This document shows, in pieces, positions 38,982 to 52,614 of a stretch of 64,000 nt of DNA. Position 1 is the first letter of the stretch. Each line of letters opens with the position of its first letter. The stretch is from Eledone cirrhosa. Taxonomy: Eukaryota. The notes beneath the pieces were generated by a model. That model was not told where the DNA came from. It was given only the letters and a program-made list of their open reading frames with translations, and searched no databases. A program made the translations under genes and the position numbers. The stretch covers positions 806,001-870,000 of the forward strand of contig OZ024749.1 of NCBI GenBank assembly GCA_964016885.1. The letters are read 5' to 3'.

Positions 38982-41061
38982 TATTTAAATAAAGTAAATT
39001 GAATATTTATGTTTTATTTCAATTGTTTATTTAATATTCTAATGTTATCTATGTGTGCGATTTAGTTGCATCTGGCCTTTTTGAGTTTCATTTTTAACCT
39101 AGATGTCCTTCCTAACGCCAACCATATTTCAGTGTGAACTGGAAGCTTTCTTTGTACACAGGCACTACCACATTACAGGGTGGATTGGGTACTTTTTGTC
39201 ATGGTACCAACACTACCACACTACAGGCTGAATTGTGTGCTTTTTGTCATGGTACCAGCACTACCACTTTACAGGGTGCATTTTTGTAATTGAGGTAATT
39301 AGGGTAAGGGATTGCATTTGTTATTTCATGAAACCTTTGCTGAGTATCAAGTTGTTTTGAGCCTTCAGTTAAAAACAAACACCGCCATCAATTCCTGTTT
39401 CTCGTCCTCCAAGTATAGTAAATGTTGTGTCTACATTAATGCTTCTCTCCTATTCTCGCCTACCCGTATTTATTCCCTTTCTTTCATTACGCGTAACACG
39501 TTCCAGCCACTTATTGACCACTCATCGGACAATCACACACAGTCTTCATATTGATTGGTTCGCCCGCCCAATAAGACCTGGGACACGCATGTGAACGTGA
39601 CACTATACTCTGTACATCGTGCTTTGCTTGTGGCTCCGTGCCATCCTGCGTACAGTTATACTTACGTTGTTTAATACAACTTCCTACCGTCTTTACACTT
39701 GTTCTTACTTGGGAACCCGTACACAACAGTAACCAAAACATATTCAAAGTAAGGGACATAATTCAATTCTCTTCCGATGCTCATTTCTAAGTTGTCTCCC
39801 TTGGCTTCTCGACACTTTTTTGTTTTTGCTTGCTTGTTATCTAGTAGTCGACGCTAATACCAAGACCCCCACAAGAGAGGATAAAGTTGTTTCAATTAAA
39901 CTAAAGATTGTTAATATAAGGCCGAGGATCTTAAAGAAAGTTACCACCCGACTCAAGTAGTCAGCGACCTGCATGTCTTGATATCCATGGAATTCATGCT
40001 ATTTGTCTCTAATTTCTCTGAAATTTGTGTTGTTCAGTGTACAGCATCAATATTGCAAGGTATCTCTATATTTTCAATATTATCCTCTGATGTTGAAATC
40101 TTGCTAAGGTCAAGATTGTCTTTCATCCTTCTGGGTGTCAGTAAAATATAGTACTAGGGTTGATTTCATCAATTTTGCTGGTTCCTAATTAGAAATCAAT
40201 GTTATCTTCTAATTCTAACAGTTTTCTATAAATGCCTCCACCATACCAGTATTTCTGCCATGTCAACCTATGCCAAGAATTTCGCAGCTTCAGTTTGACA
40301 ATTCTTATGTATTTGGACATATATTTATTATTGCTACCAACCAGAAAGATAATGTTGCTACCCTTTATTTCCAAGCTTGACTTTAAAACATCTGCTTAAC
40401 TGTAATTACTTTTACTCTTGTACACTCTTTAAAGTGGTTAGTGATAGGAACAGCATTCAACCATAGAAAAACCTGCCAGACAAAGCGACAGGAGAACTCT
40501 TCAGCTGCATCAGTAGACATGACAACTTCCATAGTGCTGGTGCTGTGATAACATACACTCAGTAGAGTATGGTAATGTAGGTGTAGGCGATGTCTGAACA
40601 TTCAGTAGAATGTAGGAACATATGTGAGCAGGATTTGAACTCAGAATATGAAAAGCCAGAACAAATATCGCAATGGAACTTTATCTGACGATCTAACAAT
40701 TCTGCCAATCCACCACCAGAGTTTCTAATATTGCTGATTTATTGAGGACACAACCTCTTCTCTAGTACTGGTTATCATGATAAAATGTACTCAGTAATGT
40801 CTCTAAAGTGACTGATAGTGGAAGGGCATCCAGCCTTAGAAATCATTACGAAATTAGATTTGAGGGCAACAGGGTGCCCTTGCCTGACAAGGGGGTAGTA
40901 ACCATCAGTAATTGCAAAGATTGATTTTCGAGGCAAATTTAAGCAAAAAGTTGTTAATCATCGAAATGGATGACAAAATCTATGATAACAGCAATAGGCG
41001 TGCCTGTCTGGTGAAAAGGATACTCACAATGTGGTTCTAGGTTCAAACATGCTGGAGACTT

Positions 41062-44000
41062 TTCTTCTACTATAGCCTTGGCTTGACCAAGTGTCTTCTA
41101 TAGCCTTGATTTGACCAAGTGTCTTCTATAGCCTTGGCTTGACCAAGTGTCTTCTATAGCCTTGGCTTGACCAAGTATCTTCTATAGCCTTGGCTTGACC
41201 AAGTGTCTTCTATAGCCTTGGCTTGACCAAGTGGCTTCTATAGCCTTGGCTGGACCAAGTGTCTTCTATAGCCTTGAGTTGACCAAGTGTCTTCTATAGC
41301 CTTGAGTTGACCAAGTGTCTTCTATAGCCTTGGCTTGACCAAGTGTCTTCTATAGCCTTGGCTTGACCAAGTGTCTTCTATAGCCTTGAGTTGACCAAGT
41401 GTCTTCTATAGCCATGGCTTGACCAAGTGTCTTCTATAGCCTTGAGTTGACCAAGTGTCTTCTATAGCCTTGGCTTGACCAAGTGTCTTCTATAGCCTTG
41501 AGTTGACCAAGTGTCTTCTATAGCCTTGAGTTGACCAAGTGTCTTCTATAGCCATGGCTTGACCAAGTGTCTTCTATAGCCTTGAGTTGACCAAGTGTCT
41601 TCTATAGCCTTGAGTTGACCAAGTGTCTTCTATAGCCATGGCTTGACCAAGTGTCTTCTATAGCCTTGAGTTGACCAAGTGTCTTCTATAGCCTTGGCTT
41701 GACCAAGTGTCTTCTATAGCCTTGAGTTGACCAAGTGTCTTCTATAGCCTTGAGTTGACCAAGTGTCTTCTATAGCCATGGCTTGACCAAGTGTCTTCTA
41801 TAGCCTTGAGTTGACCAAGTGTCTTCTATAGCCTTGGCTTGACCAAGTGTCTTCTATAGCCTTGAGTTGACCAAGTGTCTTCTATAGCCATGGCTTGACC
41901 AAGTGTCTTCTATAGCCATGGCTTGACCAAGTGTCTTCTATAGCCTTGAGTTGACCAAGTGTCTTCTATAGCCTTGAGTTGACCAAGTGTCTTCTATAGC
42001 CTTGGCTTGACCAAGTGTCTTCTATAGCCATGGCTTGACCAAGTGTCTTCTATAGCCTTGAGTTGACCAAGTGTCTTCTATAGCCTTCGCTTGACCAAGT
42101 GTCTTCTATAGCCTTGAGTTGACCAAGTGTCTTCTATAGCCATGGCTTGACCAAGTGTCTTCTATAGCCTTGGCTTGACCAAGTGTCTTCTATAGCCTTG
42201 AGTTGACCACGTGTCTTCTATAGCCATGGCTTGACCAAGTGTCTTCTATAGCCTTGAGTTGACTAAGTGTCTTCTATATCTTGGCTTGACCAAGTGTCTT
42301 CTATAGCCTTGGCTTGACCAAGTGTCTTCTATAGCCTTGGCTTGACCAAGTGTCTTCTATAGCCTTGAGTTGACTAAGTGTCTTCTATATCTTGGCTTGA
42401 CCAAGTGTCTTCTATAGCCATGGCTTGACCAAGTGTCTTCTATAGCCTTGAGTTGACCAAGTGTCTTCTATAGCCATCAGTTGGCCGAGTGTCTGCTATA
42501 GCCTTGAGTTGACCAAGTGTCTTCTATAGCCTTGGCTTGACCAAGTGTCTTCTATAGCCTTGGCTTGACCAAGTGTCTTCTATAGCCTTCGCTTGACCAA
42601 GTGTCTTCTATAGCCTTGAGTTGACCAAGTGTCTTCTATAGCCTTGGCTTGACCAAGTGTCTTCTATAGCCTTGAGTTGACCAAGTGTCTTCTATAGCCT
42701 TGGCTTGACCAAGTGTTTTCTATAGCCTTCGCTTGACCAAGTGTCTTCTATAGCCTTGGCTTAATCAAGTGTCTTCTATAGCCTTGAGTTGACCAAGTGT
42801 CTTCTATAGCCTTGGCTTGACCAAGTGTCTTCTATAGCCTTGAGTTGACCAAGTGTCTTCTATAGCCATCGCTTGACCAAGTGTCTTCTATAGCCTTGAG
42901 TTGACCAAGTGTCTTCTATAGCCTTGGCTTGACCAAGTGTCTTCTATAGCCATGGCTTGACCAAGTGTCTTCTATAGCCTTGAGTTGACCAAGTGTCTTC
43001 TATAGCCATGGCTTGACCAAGTGTCTTCTATAGCCATCAGTTGGCCGAGTGTCTGCTATAGCCTTGGCTTGACCAAATGTCTTCTATAGCCTTGAGTTGA
43101 CCAAGTGTCTTCTATAGCCTTGGCTTGACCAAGTGTCTTCTATAGCCTTGAGTTGACCAAGTGTCTTATATAGCCTTGGCTTGACCAAGTGTCTTCTATA
43201 GCCTTGGCTTGACCAAGTGTCTTCTATAGCCTTGGCTTGACCAAGTGTCTTCTATAGCCTTGAGTTGACCAAGTGTCTTCTATAGCCTTGGCTTGACCAA
43301 GTGTCTTCTATAGCCTTGGCTTGACCAAGTGTCTTCTATAGTCTTCGCTTGACCAAGTGTCTTCTATAGCCTTGGCTTAATCAAGTGTCTTCTATAGCCT
43401 TGAGTTGACCAAGTGTCTTCTATGGCCTTGAGTTGACCAAGTGTCTTCTATAGCCTTGAGTTGACCAAGTGTCTTCTATAGCCATGGCTTGACCAAGTGT
43501 CTTCTATAGCCTTGAGTTGACCAAGTGTCTTCTATAGCCATGGCTTGACCAAGTGTCTTCTATAGCCATCAGTTGGCCGAGTGTCTGCTATAGCCTTGGC
43601 TTGACCAAGTGTCTTCTATAGCCTTGAGTTGACCAAGTGTCTTCTATAGCCTTGGCTTGACCAAGTGTCTTCTATAGCCTTGGCTTGACCAAGTGTCTTC
43701 TATAGCCTTGAGTTGACCAAGTGTCTTCTATAGCCTTGGCTTGACCAAGTGGCTTCTATAGCCTTGAGTTGACCAAGTGTCTTCTATAGCCATCAGTTGG
43801 CCGAGTGTCAGCTATAGCCTTGGCTTGACCAAGTGTCTTCTATAGCCTTGGCTTGACCAAGTGTCTTCTAATACAGCTTTCAGTTGACGAAGTGTTTTCT
43901 ACTAAAGCCTTGGGTTGACCAAATGTCTTCTACTATAGCTTTTGTTGACCAAGTGTCTTCTAATATAGCCATGGCTTGACCAAGTGTCTTCTATAGCCTT

Positions 44001-44255
44001 GGCTTGACAAGGTGTCTTCTAATATAGCCTTCAATTGACCAAGTGTCTTCTACTACAGCCTTCACTTGACCAAGTGTCTTCTACTATAGGCTTGGATTGA
44101 CCACATGTCTTCTAATATAGCCTTCGTTGAAGAAGTGTCTTGGACTATAGCCATCAGGTGACCAAGTGTCTTCTACTATAGGCTTGGGTTGACCAAGTGT
44201 CTTCTAATATAGCCTTCAGTTGACCAGTGTCTTTTACTACAGCCTTCAGTTGACC
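41062..44255. repeat. 28-bp minisatellite (CCAAGTGTCTTCTATAGCCTTGGCTTGA), ~110 units, with 31-bp units at the edges
   Basis: Direct periodicity; edge units carry an extra CTA. Confidence 0.95.
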
Positions 44256-45025
44256 AAATGTTTTTGTTCCCGTTCTATTTTATGGTATTCTCCACCATCA
44301 CTAGGAATCAAGAAAAATTTAGCTCACCTTTTCTTCAATTCTCTTGATAAATGTATCCCAGAAACATATAAATATAGTAGAATTTTTAATAGACATACAA
44401 TTAAACTCTCTATGAATATTGTCCAAAATATAGCTAAAATCAATAATAGAAACCTTGTAACTATTCATACGGAATTAACACCTGATGATAATCACTAAAA
44501 GAATAAATAATTTCTCAGTTAGCAACAATTATACCAATAACATAGATGATGAAAACCTTATGAACTACGAATACAGAGTGGCATCATTAAATAACAGCGT
44601 AGGTAATTGTAATTATAAAAATAGTTATTCTTGCCCATTAATTAATAAGACTCTTGACTGTAATTTAGTTTGCAAATGCATTGTTAAAACAAAAGATAAG
44701 TCTTATAATTATATTGGTGCCATTTCCTCTCAATTTAAAGAAAGGTGGTATAATCACTGCCACACGTTCAAAAGAGAAAACAAGAGATTTAGTACTGCTT
44801 TATCTGAATTAATTTGGTCACTTAAAAATAATAATATAGAATATTTTCTTTCTTGCACAACTTTCTAATGCTTTACCTTATATAAATTCTTCCATTTCTA
44901 AGAGTTGTAACATATGTACCACTGAAATTCTTTATATTTTTAATAATAGGAAAATAATTATTAATAAAATATCTGAGATCTTCAGCTCATGCCTCCATTG
45001 ATTCTCAAAAACGTTCCATAGTTAA
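44256..45025 (+). mobile_element. Penelope-like element relic (post-RT region + GIY-YIG)
   Basis: RSILWYSPP, IFNRHTIKLS, CPL...YNYIGAISSQFKERWYNH...STALSELIWSLK...CNIC. Confidence 0.8.
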
Positions 45026-46459
45026 GTTTTAAAATAGATAATATAATAGTGAATATTCCTTTATATATAGTTTTTAATTCTTGCCACTGCCTATTCTCGA
45101 ATACATTTAGAGTTTTTAGTTAAGCTTTATATATATATATAAAATAATAAGATAGGTATTACTCCTTTATATATAATTTTTAAGTGATTGTGTTACCTTT
45201 ATTTAAAAAATCTAGATTATATGACAAAATAACTAATTTTTCAATCTACTTTAGCTTTAGGTTGTATTTAAATAAATTAAATTTAATATAAATTGATAAA
45301 TTCGGCGATAATACATACATTTTTTTCTCTCTAAATAGTTACACAAAGTATGTACAGTCTCTCCTATACTACTTAAATAAGATTGTTGAATTGATAAATT
45401 TTACCTCAGTAATTATTTCCCTTCTTTTGAACTAAATAATTTACCTCATAACATTATAACCTACTCAGTTATATATAAAAAAAACATATCAATTATCAAA
45501 TACTTTTCTACTCAATAATTTCAAAATCTAATTATACATAAACAAAGATAACTTACCTACAAATTCTGTAATTCAAATTCTTTCCCCCTTATTATATTTT
45601 CTAAATACTACTTTCATTTCCTAGAATATTTTTTCCTTTGATATAATATATAATATATAGACTGAATAATGGTCAACTTTTGTTTTGTTTTTTGACCAAT
45701 CTAATTACGCTGTATTTTAAATAATTTGATAAACATTTAAACCAACTGTAATTATTCTCCCAGTCACGTAACCTCCTATGTTTTTTCCTATTCATATGCT
45801 CGGTGGTCACATTATACATCTCCTATGTATTGTGTGCTCTTATGTATTCATATGCTCGGTGAACAAATTATACATCTCCTATGTATTGTGTCTGAGGAGG
45901 ACGTGTTGTGGTTTTTGTTATACATAAAACTTTACATCTTCGAAGTATATATCTTTTGTTTATTACACACACACATATATCTTCTACACGTCTGTTGTTG
46001 GTATCATGAAGTTGCCCCTCCAGCTCACATATCCAGCATTGTCATGTGAAGTTCCCTTGCCTCCAGCTTAGTATCCTTCAGTGATGTTTGGTCTCTCAAC
46101 TTGTCTGCATAAATCTGGTTTCTAGAGAACTCTGCCAGCAGGTCCATTGTAGGGTTTCACATGTCCAGCTAATGCAAGCCTCCATTGCCCTTTGATGTCA
46201 GAAAGGTGAGGATGTAAACCATAGAGCAATTTATTTCCTACATGTACTGCTCTAGATCTTTCTCAGCATTTACATGTATGTGCCATTTATCTTTGTGTGG
46301 GTTTTTGTTAATGTCCATGATTCACATCCATAGAGGACAAATAGGTTCAACTGTTGCTTTGAATAGCCTCATTTTCATTGTTTTTGTGTTTGGAGATACC
46401 CAGACTTTTGATAGGGAATTGAGAGCTCTCTCGTGCCTTGTCCATCCTGCTGATATCCC

Positions 46460-46990
46460 AGCTGGGCATCTCTCCTAAATTGATTATATAACTTATAGGA
46501 AACGATGGAGAAACATCATGATCGTCATGTGGAGCAGAGTGAGGAACCTGGAATGTTCCACACTGAACTTGGTGTTGGAAGACTCGAATATCTTGGTATT
46601 CTCCCAGGAGGATGTGACGATGAGAATATCATCCACATATCTAGTGAAGAAAGTGCACGTATCGCAAGAGCTGAGTACTCTGCGTTCGAATCTGTTCATG
46701 TAGATGGCCAGTAAACCCGACAGGCTGAATCCTATGGATAGTCCCAAGGCCTGTCAGTAGGTTCGGCCCAGGAAGCTGAAAAAGGCGTTGACAATGCATA
46801 GGAGCTGGTATGTTGGTGGTGGTGAGACCGAAACAATCCAGGTTGTTGGAACCAACACATTCAGTGAGTATGTCCACAGCTGGGGGTACAGGTATCGATG
46901 TGAATAGGGATACTATGTCTAGGCTGAAGGTATACCTGTTGAATTTGCAGGTCAGATTCCTTACTGGCTTTAAGTGGTCATCTAGCAGAC
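46460..46990 (-). mobile_element. Penelope-type RT fragment
   Basis: SLDIVSLFTSIP...GLSIGFSLSGLLAIYM...FTRYVDDIL. Confidence 0.78.
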
Positions 46991-47387
46991 CAACTACACA
47001 CGCACACCTTTTACTCCCTTACCCTGTTCCCCACTACATATATCATATGTGGGTATGGTGTGGCGTGCGGTGGCCGGAAGCTGGGGAGTGCTCGACCGGA
47101 AGAGCCAGCAGATCGGCCTCTCTCTAGTGGTGACCAGGAACGGTGTGGACGCGAGTTTTGGCAGCTCCCGGTGTTAATGAGTTGGACGCACATGGAAGAG
47201 GAAAAACCAGCAATGGGATTTAGCGGCGTCTATGAAAAGCGGTAAGTGAGATAGCTTTTTCTAACCACATCATACACATACTCTAACACGTTTCCTTACG
47301 CAGATGCACAAACACTAAACTTTAACGTTTTTTCATTCATTCAAGTTAAATTGAACAGCCACCCACGGCTTCCCTTTTAATAATAAT

Positions 47388-47552
47388 TGTTTCTACTTTT
47401 GGCACAAGGCCAGCAACTAATTCAGTGCATTACTGGTACTTTATTTTATCGACCCCGTAAGGATGAAAGGCAAAGTTAACCTCGGCGGGATTTGAACTCA
47501 GATCGTAAAGGGACGTAACTATGCTGGGAAGCATGTCCGACCCTCTACCGCC
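47388..47552 (-). mobile_element. tRNA-derived SINE copy
   Basis: Same family as 846-1027. Confidence 0.85.
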
Positions 47553-48194
47553 ATAATATAATATAATGACCAGTATGTAGATTTAGTTGAGAATTTTAGT
47601 GTTGACATATATGAAATAAATAAAGGTAAAGTAAAAATGAGGTTGGAGATGACCATTAAGTAAACAAGGAATACATCACAAGTTTAAAATAAATGGTACA
47701 GAATTAGAAACAAAGGGCAGAGAAAAAAAACACAGGAAGAACAAAAAAGTGGGATGTGCGAAAAGTATCAACACCTAATATATCTCACAAAATTGATAGT
47801 TGTACAGAGATAGAATATAAGAAACGTATAAAAATTATATATGCAAGGAGGAAATGGAGGAATTCCAAAGAAAAAAAGTAATGAGGCAAGGCACGAGTCC
47901 TATCGTGATGTATTCAGAGATAAAGCGCCCTCTTCACAGTCTCTGACCATAGCACTAGTATAATGGAGAGAATGAAGTATTAGGTACTTTTTTTATAGAA
48001 ATTTAGGACTCAGAATAGAAATAGACCCTAATAGGAAAATTATTAACTTTTTAGACACTACTTTAATACTCCTACCACAAACCTAATGAAAAGCTAGTAT
48101 ATGTTAATGCTAAGGCCAACCATCCTAGGTCAGTTATCAAGGCCATAGTTAAGAAGATAGCGAGTTAGGCTTTTATACCTACTCCCTTCTAATT

Positions 48195-48690
48195 ACTGAA
48201 GCTGGTGCATTACTGCCACAGCACCTGCAATTCTTGCACTTAATTCAGCCTCTTGCCTTCCATCACCCGTGAACACGGCCCCAAGATACTTGAACTTCTC
48301 TACCTGCTTCAGTGGAACTCCATTTACATGTAGAGTACACTGCACAGGCTTCCTTGAGTGAATGTGTCTGTCTTTGCAGCACTGATTTTCATTCCAGCCA
48401 TGCAGCACTTGGCATCAAACCTATCAAGTCTAAGTCGGAGATCACCTGTCATCTGTAAATTCCAGCTGACTTTTACACCTGCAGGCCATACCACATCCAA
48501 CCAGCTACACATGTCAATCCTGTTCATGTAAATAACAAACAAGAGAGGTGTCACTATGCACTCTTGACAGTCTGACTCCCACATGGTTTTGATTTAGTAC
48601 CATTTACTCAAACTTTGGCATTTGTAGAGCGACATCAGAGCATCAAGGTGACCATTGATTCCATACTCCTGCAGAACCCTATATAGCAGG
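48195..48690 (-). mobile_element. Decayed RTE-like RT fragment
   Basis: PLLFVIYM...LKQVEKFKYLG. Confidence 0.65.
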
Positions 48691-49472
48691 ACCCCAAAAA
48701 GAGGTGAGATGTATATGTACATATATATATGTGTGTGTCTGTATTCACATTTGTATCTATGTTTATGTCCCAAAACTTAAGAGGTTTGCAAAAGAAAAGA
48801 GAGATTGATAAAATAAGTATCAGGGTTGCTATGATTGACTAAATCAAAGCAATGTCCCAGCATGGTCTTACTGAAACCAGTGTAAAAAAATAATAATAAG
48901 TTATGAGGATACAAATTCAGTATGGAGGCACTAAACTGTAGATATACCAATAAATAATCAATAGTTCTGGGATCATGGGGATGATTGATTGGGTCTAACT
49001 TCTGAATATTTTGGAAGGGAAATATTTAAAAACTTTTCACTCCATTCTCCTTTTAGAAACAACCCCTTTCACTTCCACACATTTGGTTGAAAGCTTACCA
49101 CGTGTTGTTATTTCGGTGAACAGAAATGACACGACAGGGAATAAATAAAAAAAAATGCCATACTTTCAGCTTGGAAGAAGAAATAATAAAAGAAAAAAAA
49201 AAAAGATGGTTTAACTCCAAATTTGGTAATCTTTTGTTTTAAATATTACAGAAGAGAAAGAAGAAAATGAAATAAACCAGCAATAATTGGCAAAACTGAA
49301 TGGTACTTAAATTATTGTTGTATGTAAACTACAAATTATTTATTAGTGAAATATGAAAAAAAGATTATGCCTCAAAAATGTCTTGTCCATGGGTTGGACA
49401 AGACATTTTTGAGGCAGTGGTTTTATATGTCCAGTTCGTTGGATGATTTCAATTTAATATTTTTAATGTTAA

Positions 49473-49677
49473 CCCTTTAGCTTTTACATTACTCTATATA
49501 TACTCTTATATTTTCATGGTAAATGCTTTACCTCACATATTAAATCTATGAGATTTTGATATTAATTATTTTGAGAACAATACCTTAACATCAGTATGAG
49601 CAGCTGCTTATGGCTGGTTTGAACAGAAAGAAGTGAGAGAATTCTGGCCGGATACGGCTGGTTTAAATGCTAAAGGG
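49473..49677. mobile_element. piggyBac-type MITE
   Basis: TTAA-CCCTTTAGC...GCTAAAGGG-TTAA. Confidence 0.85.
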
Positions 49678-51180
49678 TTAAGAGTGATTGGCAGAATTAG
49701 TAGAGCGTCAGAGAAAATAGAAAACAATATGGTCAGATAATGTTAAACTGTTCAACAAATGATAGATTTTTTTTCTTTTATACTGCAAGTAAGCTTTTTA
49801 ATATTACATTCACAATGTTGGTGGATTGATAGAATTGGTAGAGCATCGGGTGGAATACGAGTGTGCTATTTGTTTTAGCTCTTTAAATTCCACCAAGAGT
49901 CAACTTTGTTTTTCATCCTTCTGTGAAGTATTAAGGTTGATTTAAGTTTCAGCTAACCCCATTCATTGGTTTTGTGCCAAAATAAGAAATTAATATTTAG
50001 CTTGGTACATTGAGGTGGATTGGCAGAAATGGTAGAGCATCAGTTTGTTCTGTCTTTTAGCATTCTGAATTAAAATTCCACTGAGGTCACCTTTGTATTC
50101 CATCCTTCTATAGTTACATTGAGGCCACCTTTGTATTCCATCCTTCCATAGTTACACTAAGGTTACCTTTGTATTCCATCCTTCTGAGGTTGATAAAATA
50201 AAGTACTAATTAATTACTGGGGTTGATTTAATCAAATTTTCCACATCTCTAAATCTACTGACCTTGTGCCTAAATTAGCAATCAATAGTTAGGTTAATAA
50301 TGAATCAGATGTAAGTGCTCAATGTTCTCACATGAAATATACCATATATAGTTGTAAAGAAGCCGAGAAATGTGGGACAAAAACACCAATATTAGGGGAG
50401 GGGGCCCATAATCAAGGTCAATATTTTGCCAATTTTCACCAACTTCAAAATTCTATGACCAAGGAAACTTGTATAATACATGCTAAACAAAGGGTCAAAG
50501 GACTCTTCAGGTGTATCAAAGACATGACAACCTCCCTAACGCACTCTGTAAATGTCACATGCTGGCATCTAGGTGCATTTTATTGGGGTACCAACATTAG
50601 CTAATTTACAGTGTACTAGGTGCATTTGTGGCATCAACACTGCTACAGTGTACTAGGTGCATTTGTGACATCAGCTCTACCAAATTACAGAGTGTGTTGG
50701 GTGTATTTTATTGTGACACCAGCACTACTACAGAATGTACATAATAATTTAATATTTCGACTGAGATAACATATAAACAACTGAAATAAAAAAAAATATA
50801 TATATATATAAAGACCAGATGCAACTAAATCGCACACATAGATAACATTAGAATATTAAATAAACAATTGAAATAAAACATATAAACATTTAATTTATTT
50901 TATTTAACCAGTAAATACCACACTATTTATAATTTTCTAATAAAAATACATGTTTATAGAATATATTTCAGATTATGTAAAGTATTTCTAGTTATGTTTT
51001 ATATTAAAGCTATTTCATAATCTTTCTTTGGGTAAGTATCACCTAGGTCCAGCATAATATAATGACCTCAGTTATTTAACTAAAGCAACTTCTAAATATA
51101 TTTACTCAGCTAAGGTGTTGAGATAATGTTATGTGACTTTGGAGGAAACATCTTCAATCTTGAACAGGGCAAATATCATC

Positions 51181-52338
51181 TTATATTGTAGGATTCGTTA
51201 CTTTACCAATGAAATGAATCATTTTAGCTTGGGTGTCAACTATCAGAAACATAAATGGATGGTTAACATCAAATTTCAAGCCTATTTGAGCTGACATTGC
51301 CATCATCACCATTCCAGTTGCAGCTGCAGCTTCCGTTCCTTCTTCATTAACATCAACAAATGCTTTATGAAACATTTCACTTGCATATATATTATTTTGA
51401 CCATCAGTCATTCCAGATAAATCAGCTTTATTGCCATCAAAAATGTCAGAAAGATGAAGCTTTTTCAAAGTATCAGCCAACTGAAAACTGCTTTCTAATC
51501 GAAATTTTGGCATATTCAATTCTAGATATAACATTTGGAATCCTTTTCTGTCAATAATATCTTTGAGAAATTGTGCATTAATTTCCTTCTCTAAGTCAGC
51601 AAGACCATTGATTTCATTGGGAAGAATTACAAACATACTAAAGGTCTCTCCTATATAAGGTAGCTCTACAACTTTATATGTCTCGTCTACCTTTGTATTG
51701 AAATCTTCAGATATATACATGAAATTATGAAGTACTTTTGAACTAGAGCTTAAATAAAACTCTCTAGATGATGTTCCTTGTTCTGGGAATTTTTCAGCCC
51801 AGATTCCTTTAAAATAAACAGCATTAATAAGGACCAACATTGTCAGAGCTGTCAAACTACCACTTGGTAACAAATCAGTAATTTTGTTATTTGTTTTACT
51901 TTTAACCCACTCATTGATATCAACTCTTGTTTTTTCTGGATTTTTCATAAAATCTACATTTTCAATAGCTGAAGAGAAATATTTTGAAATATTCTTCTTG
52001 TAATCTTCTGAAAGATGGAATTTTTCATTTGCATACAAATGATTCACTGAATTAAATGTGATATGTTCATTTGTGTTCTTCAACGTTGAAAAATATTCTT
52101 TAAAAGCCAAACCTAAAGAATCTGGTGTTGAAGTTATCTTCAAAATATCTTCCAACTGTTTGGCAGAATTTTGTTTTGCTCCTAAATAAACCATTGATAA
52201 AACTGTAGCAACACTGAATGGTGACATGAAGACATTTTCATTGGTTCCTGTAGCCACACTTTGAAAAAGAATTGATGTAAAATGATCTACTGAGGTAGCA
52301 AGGTTAGTAATTTGTTGGTTCGGTTTTGTTGAGTCCAT
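51181..52338 (-). CDS. Serpin copy B, 385 aa, inverted paralog of copy A; predicted P1-P1' Met-Ser
   Basis: Same serpin motifs. The protein differs from copy A at 4 residues (one M/L plus three in the RCL). Splice acceptor precedes the exon start at 52355. Confidence 0.95.
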   Translation of the reverse strand: MDSTKPNQQITNLATSVDHFTSILFQSVATGTNENVFMSPFSVATVLSMVYLGAKQNSAKQLEDILKITSTPDSLGLAFKEYFSTLKNTNEHITFNSVNHLYANEKFHLSEDYKKNISKYFSSAIENVDFMKNPEKTRVDINEWVKSKTNNKITDLLPSGSLTALTMLVLINAVYFKGIWAEKFPEQGTSSREFYLSSSSKVLHNFMYISEDFNTKVDETYKVVELPYIGETFSMFVILPNEINGLADLEKEINAQFLKDIIDRKGFQMLYLELNMPKFRLESSFQLADTLKKLHLSDIFDGNKADLSGMTDGQNNIYASEMFHKAFVDVNEEGTEAAAATGMVMMAMSAQIGLKFDVNHPFMFLIVDTQAKMIHFIGKVTNPTI

Positions 52339-52614
52339 CTTGTATTCGGTAGTATCTGGAGAAAATGGAATATAAAAAGAAAATTTAGAAATTAATTTCA
52401 ATGCAAAAACTCTGTTTACTATTTTAAAACATTATTGTAGACATTAACCTTTTTGTTACTATATTTCTTATGAAATACACTGCCAACCAGAAGATATTGA
52501 AATCCATGGTTGAAGTATGCAGAAATTCTAAACCTGACTGTTGATAAGGCCAAAAAGTTAACATAATGAAAGTTTGAGTTTGTCAAGCTAGAAAATGAAA
52601 CAAGCTTGCCATAA

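Larger units (their letters stand above)
37070..39077 (+). repeat. Left inner (serpin) block of inverted duplication, mirrors 50813-52921
   Basis: Homology extends ~360 bp upstream of the ATG and ~490 bp past the stop, to GTGCGATTTAGTTGCATCTGG. Confidence 0.93.

Noticed and set aside
41062-44255. CRISPR-like appearance of the 28-, 37- and 40-bp arrays
   Set aside because: Head-to-tail units without unique spacers, no cas genes, and a eukaryotic context.
45885-45960. CTGAGGA...GAAG hammerhead-like string
   Set aside because: GAAA box is mutated and there is no stem I; at most a relic.
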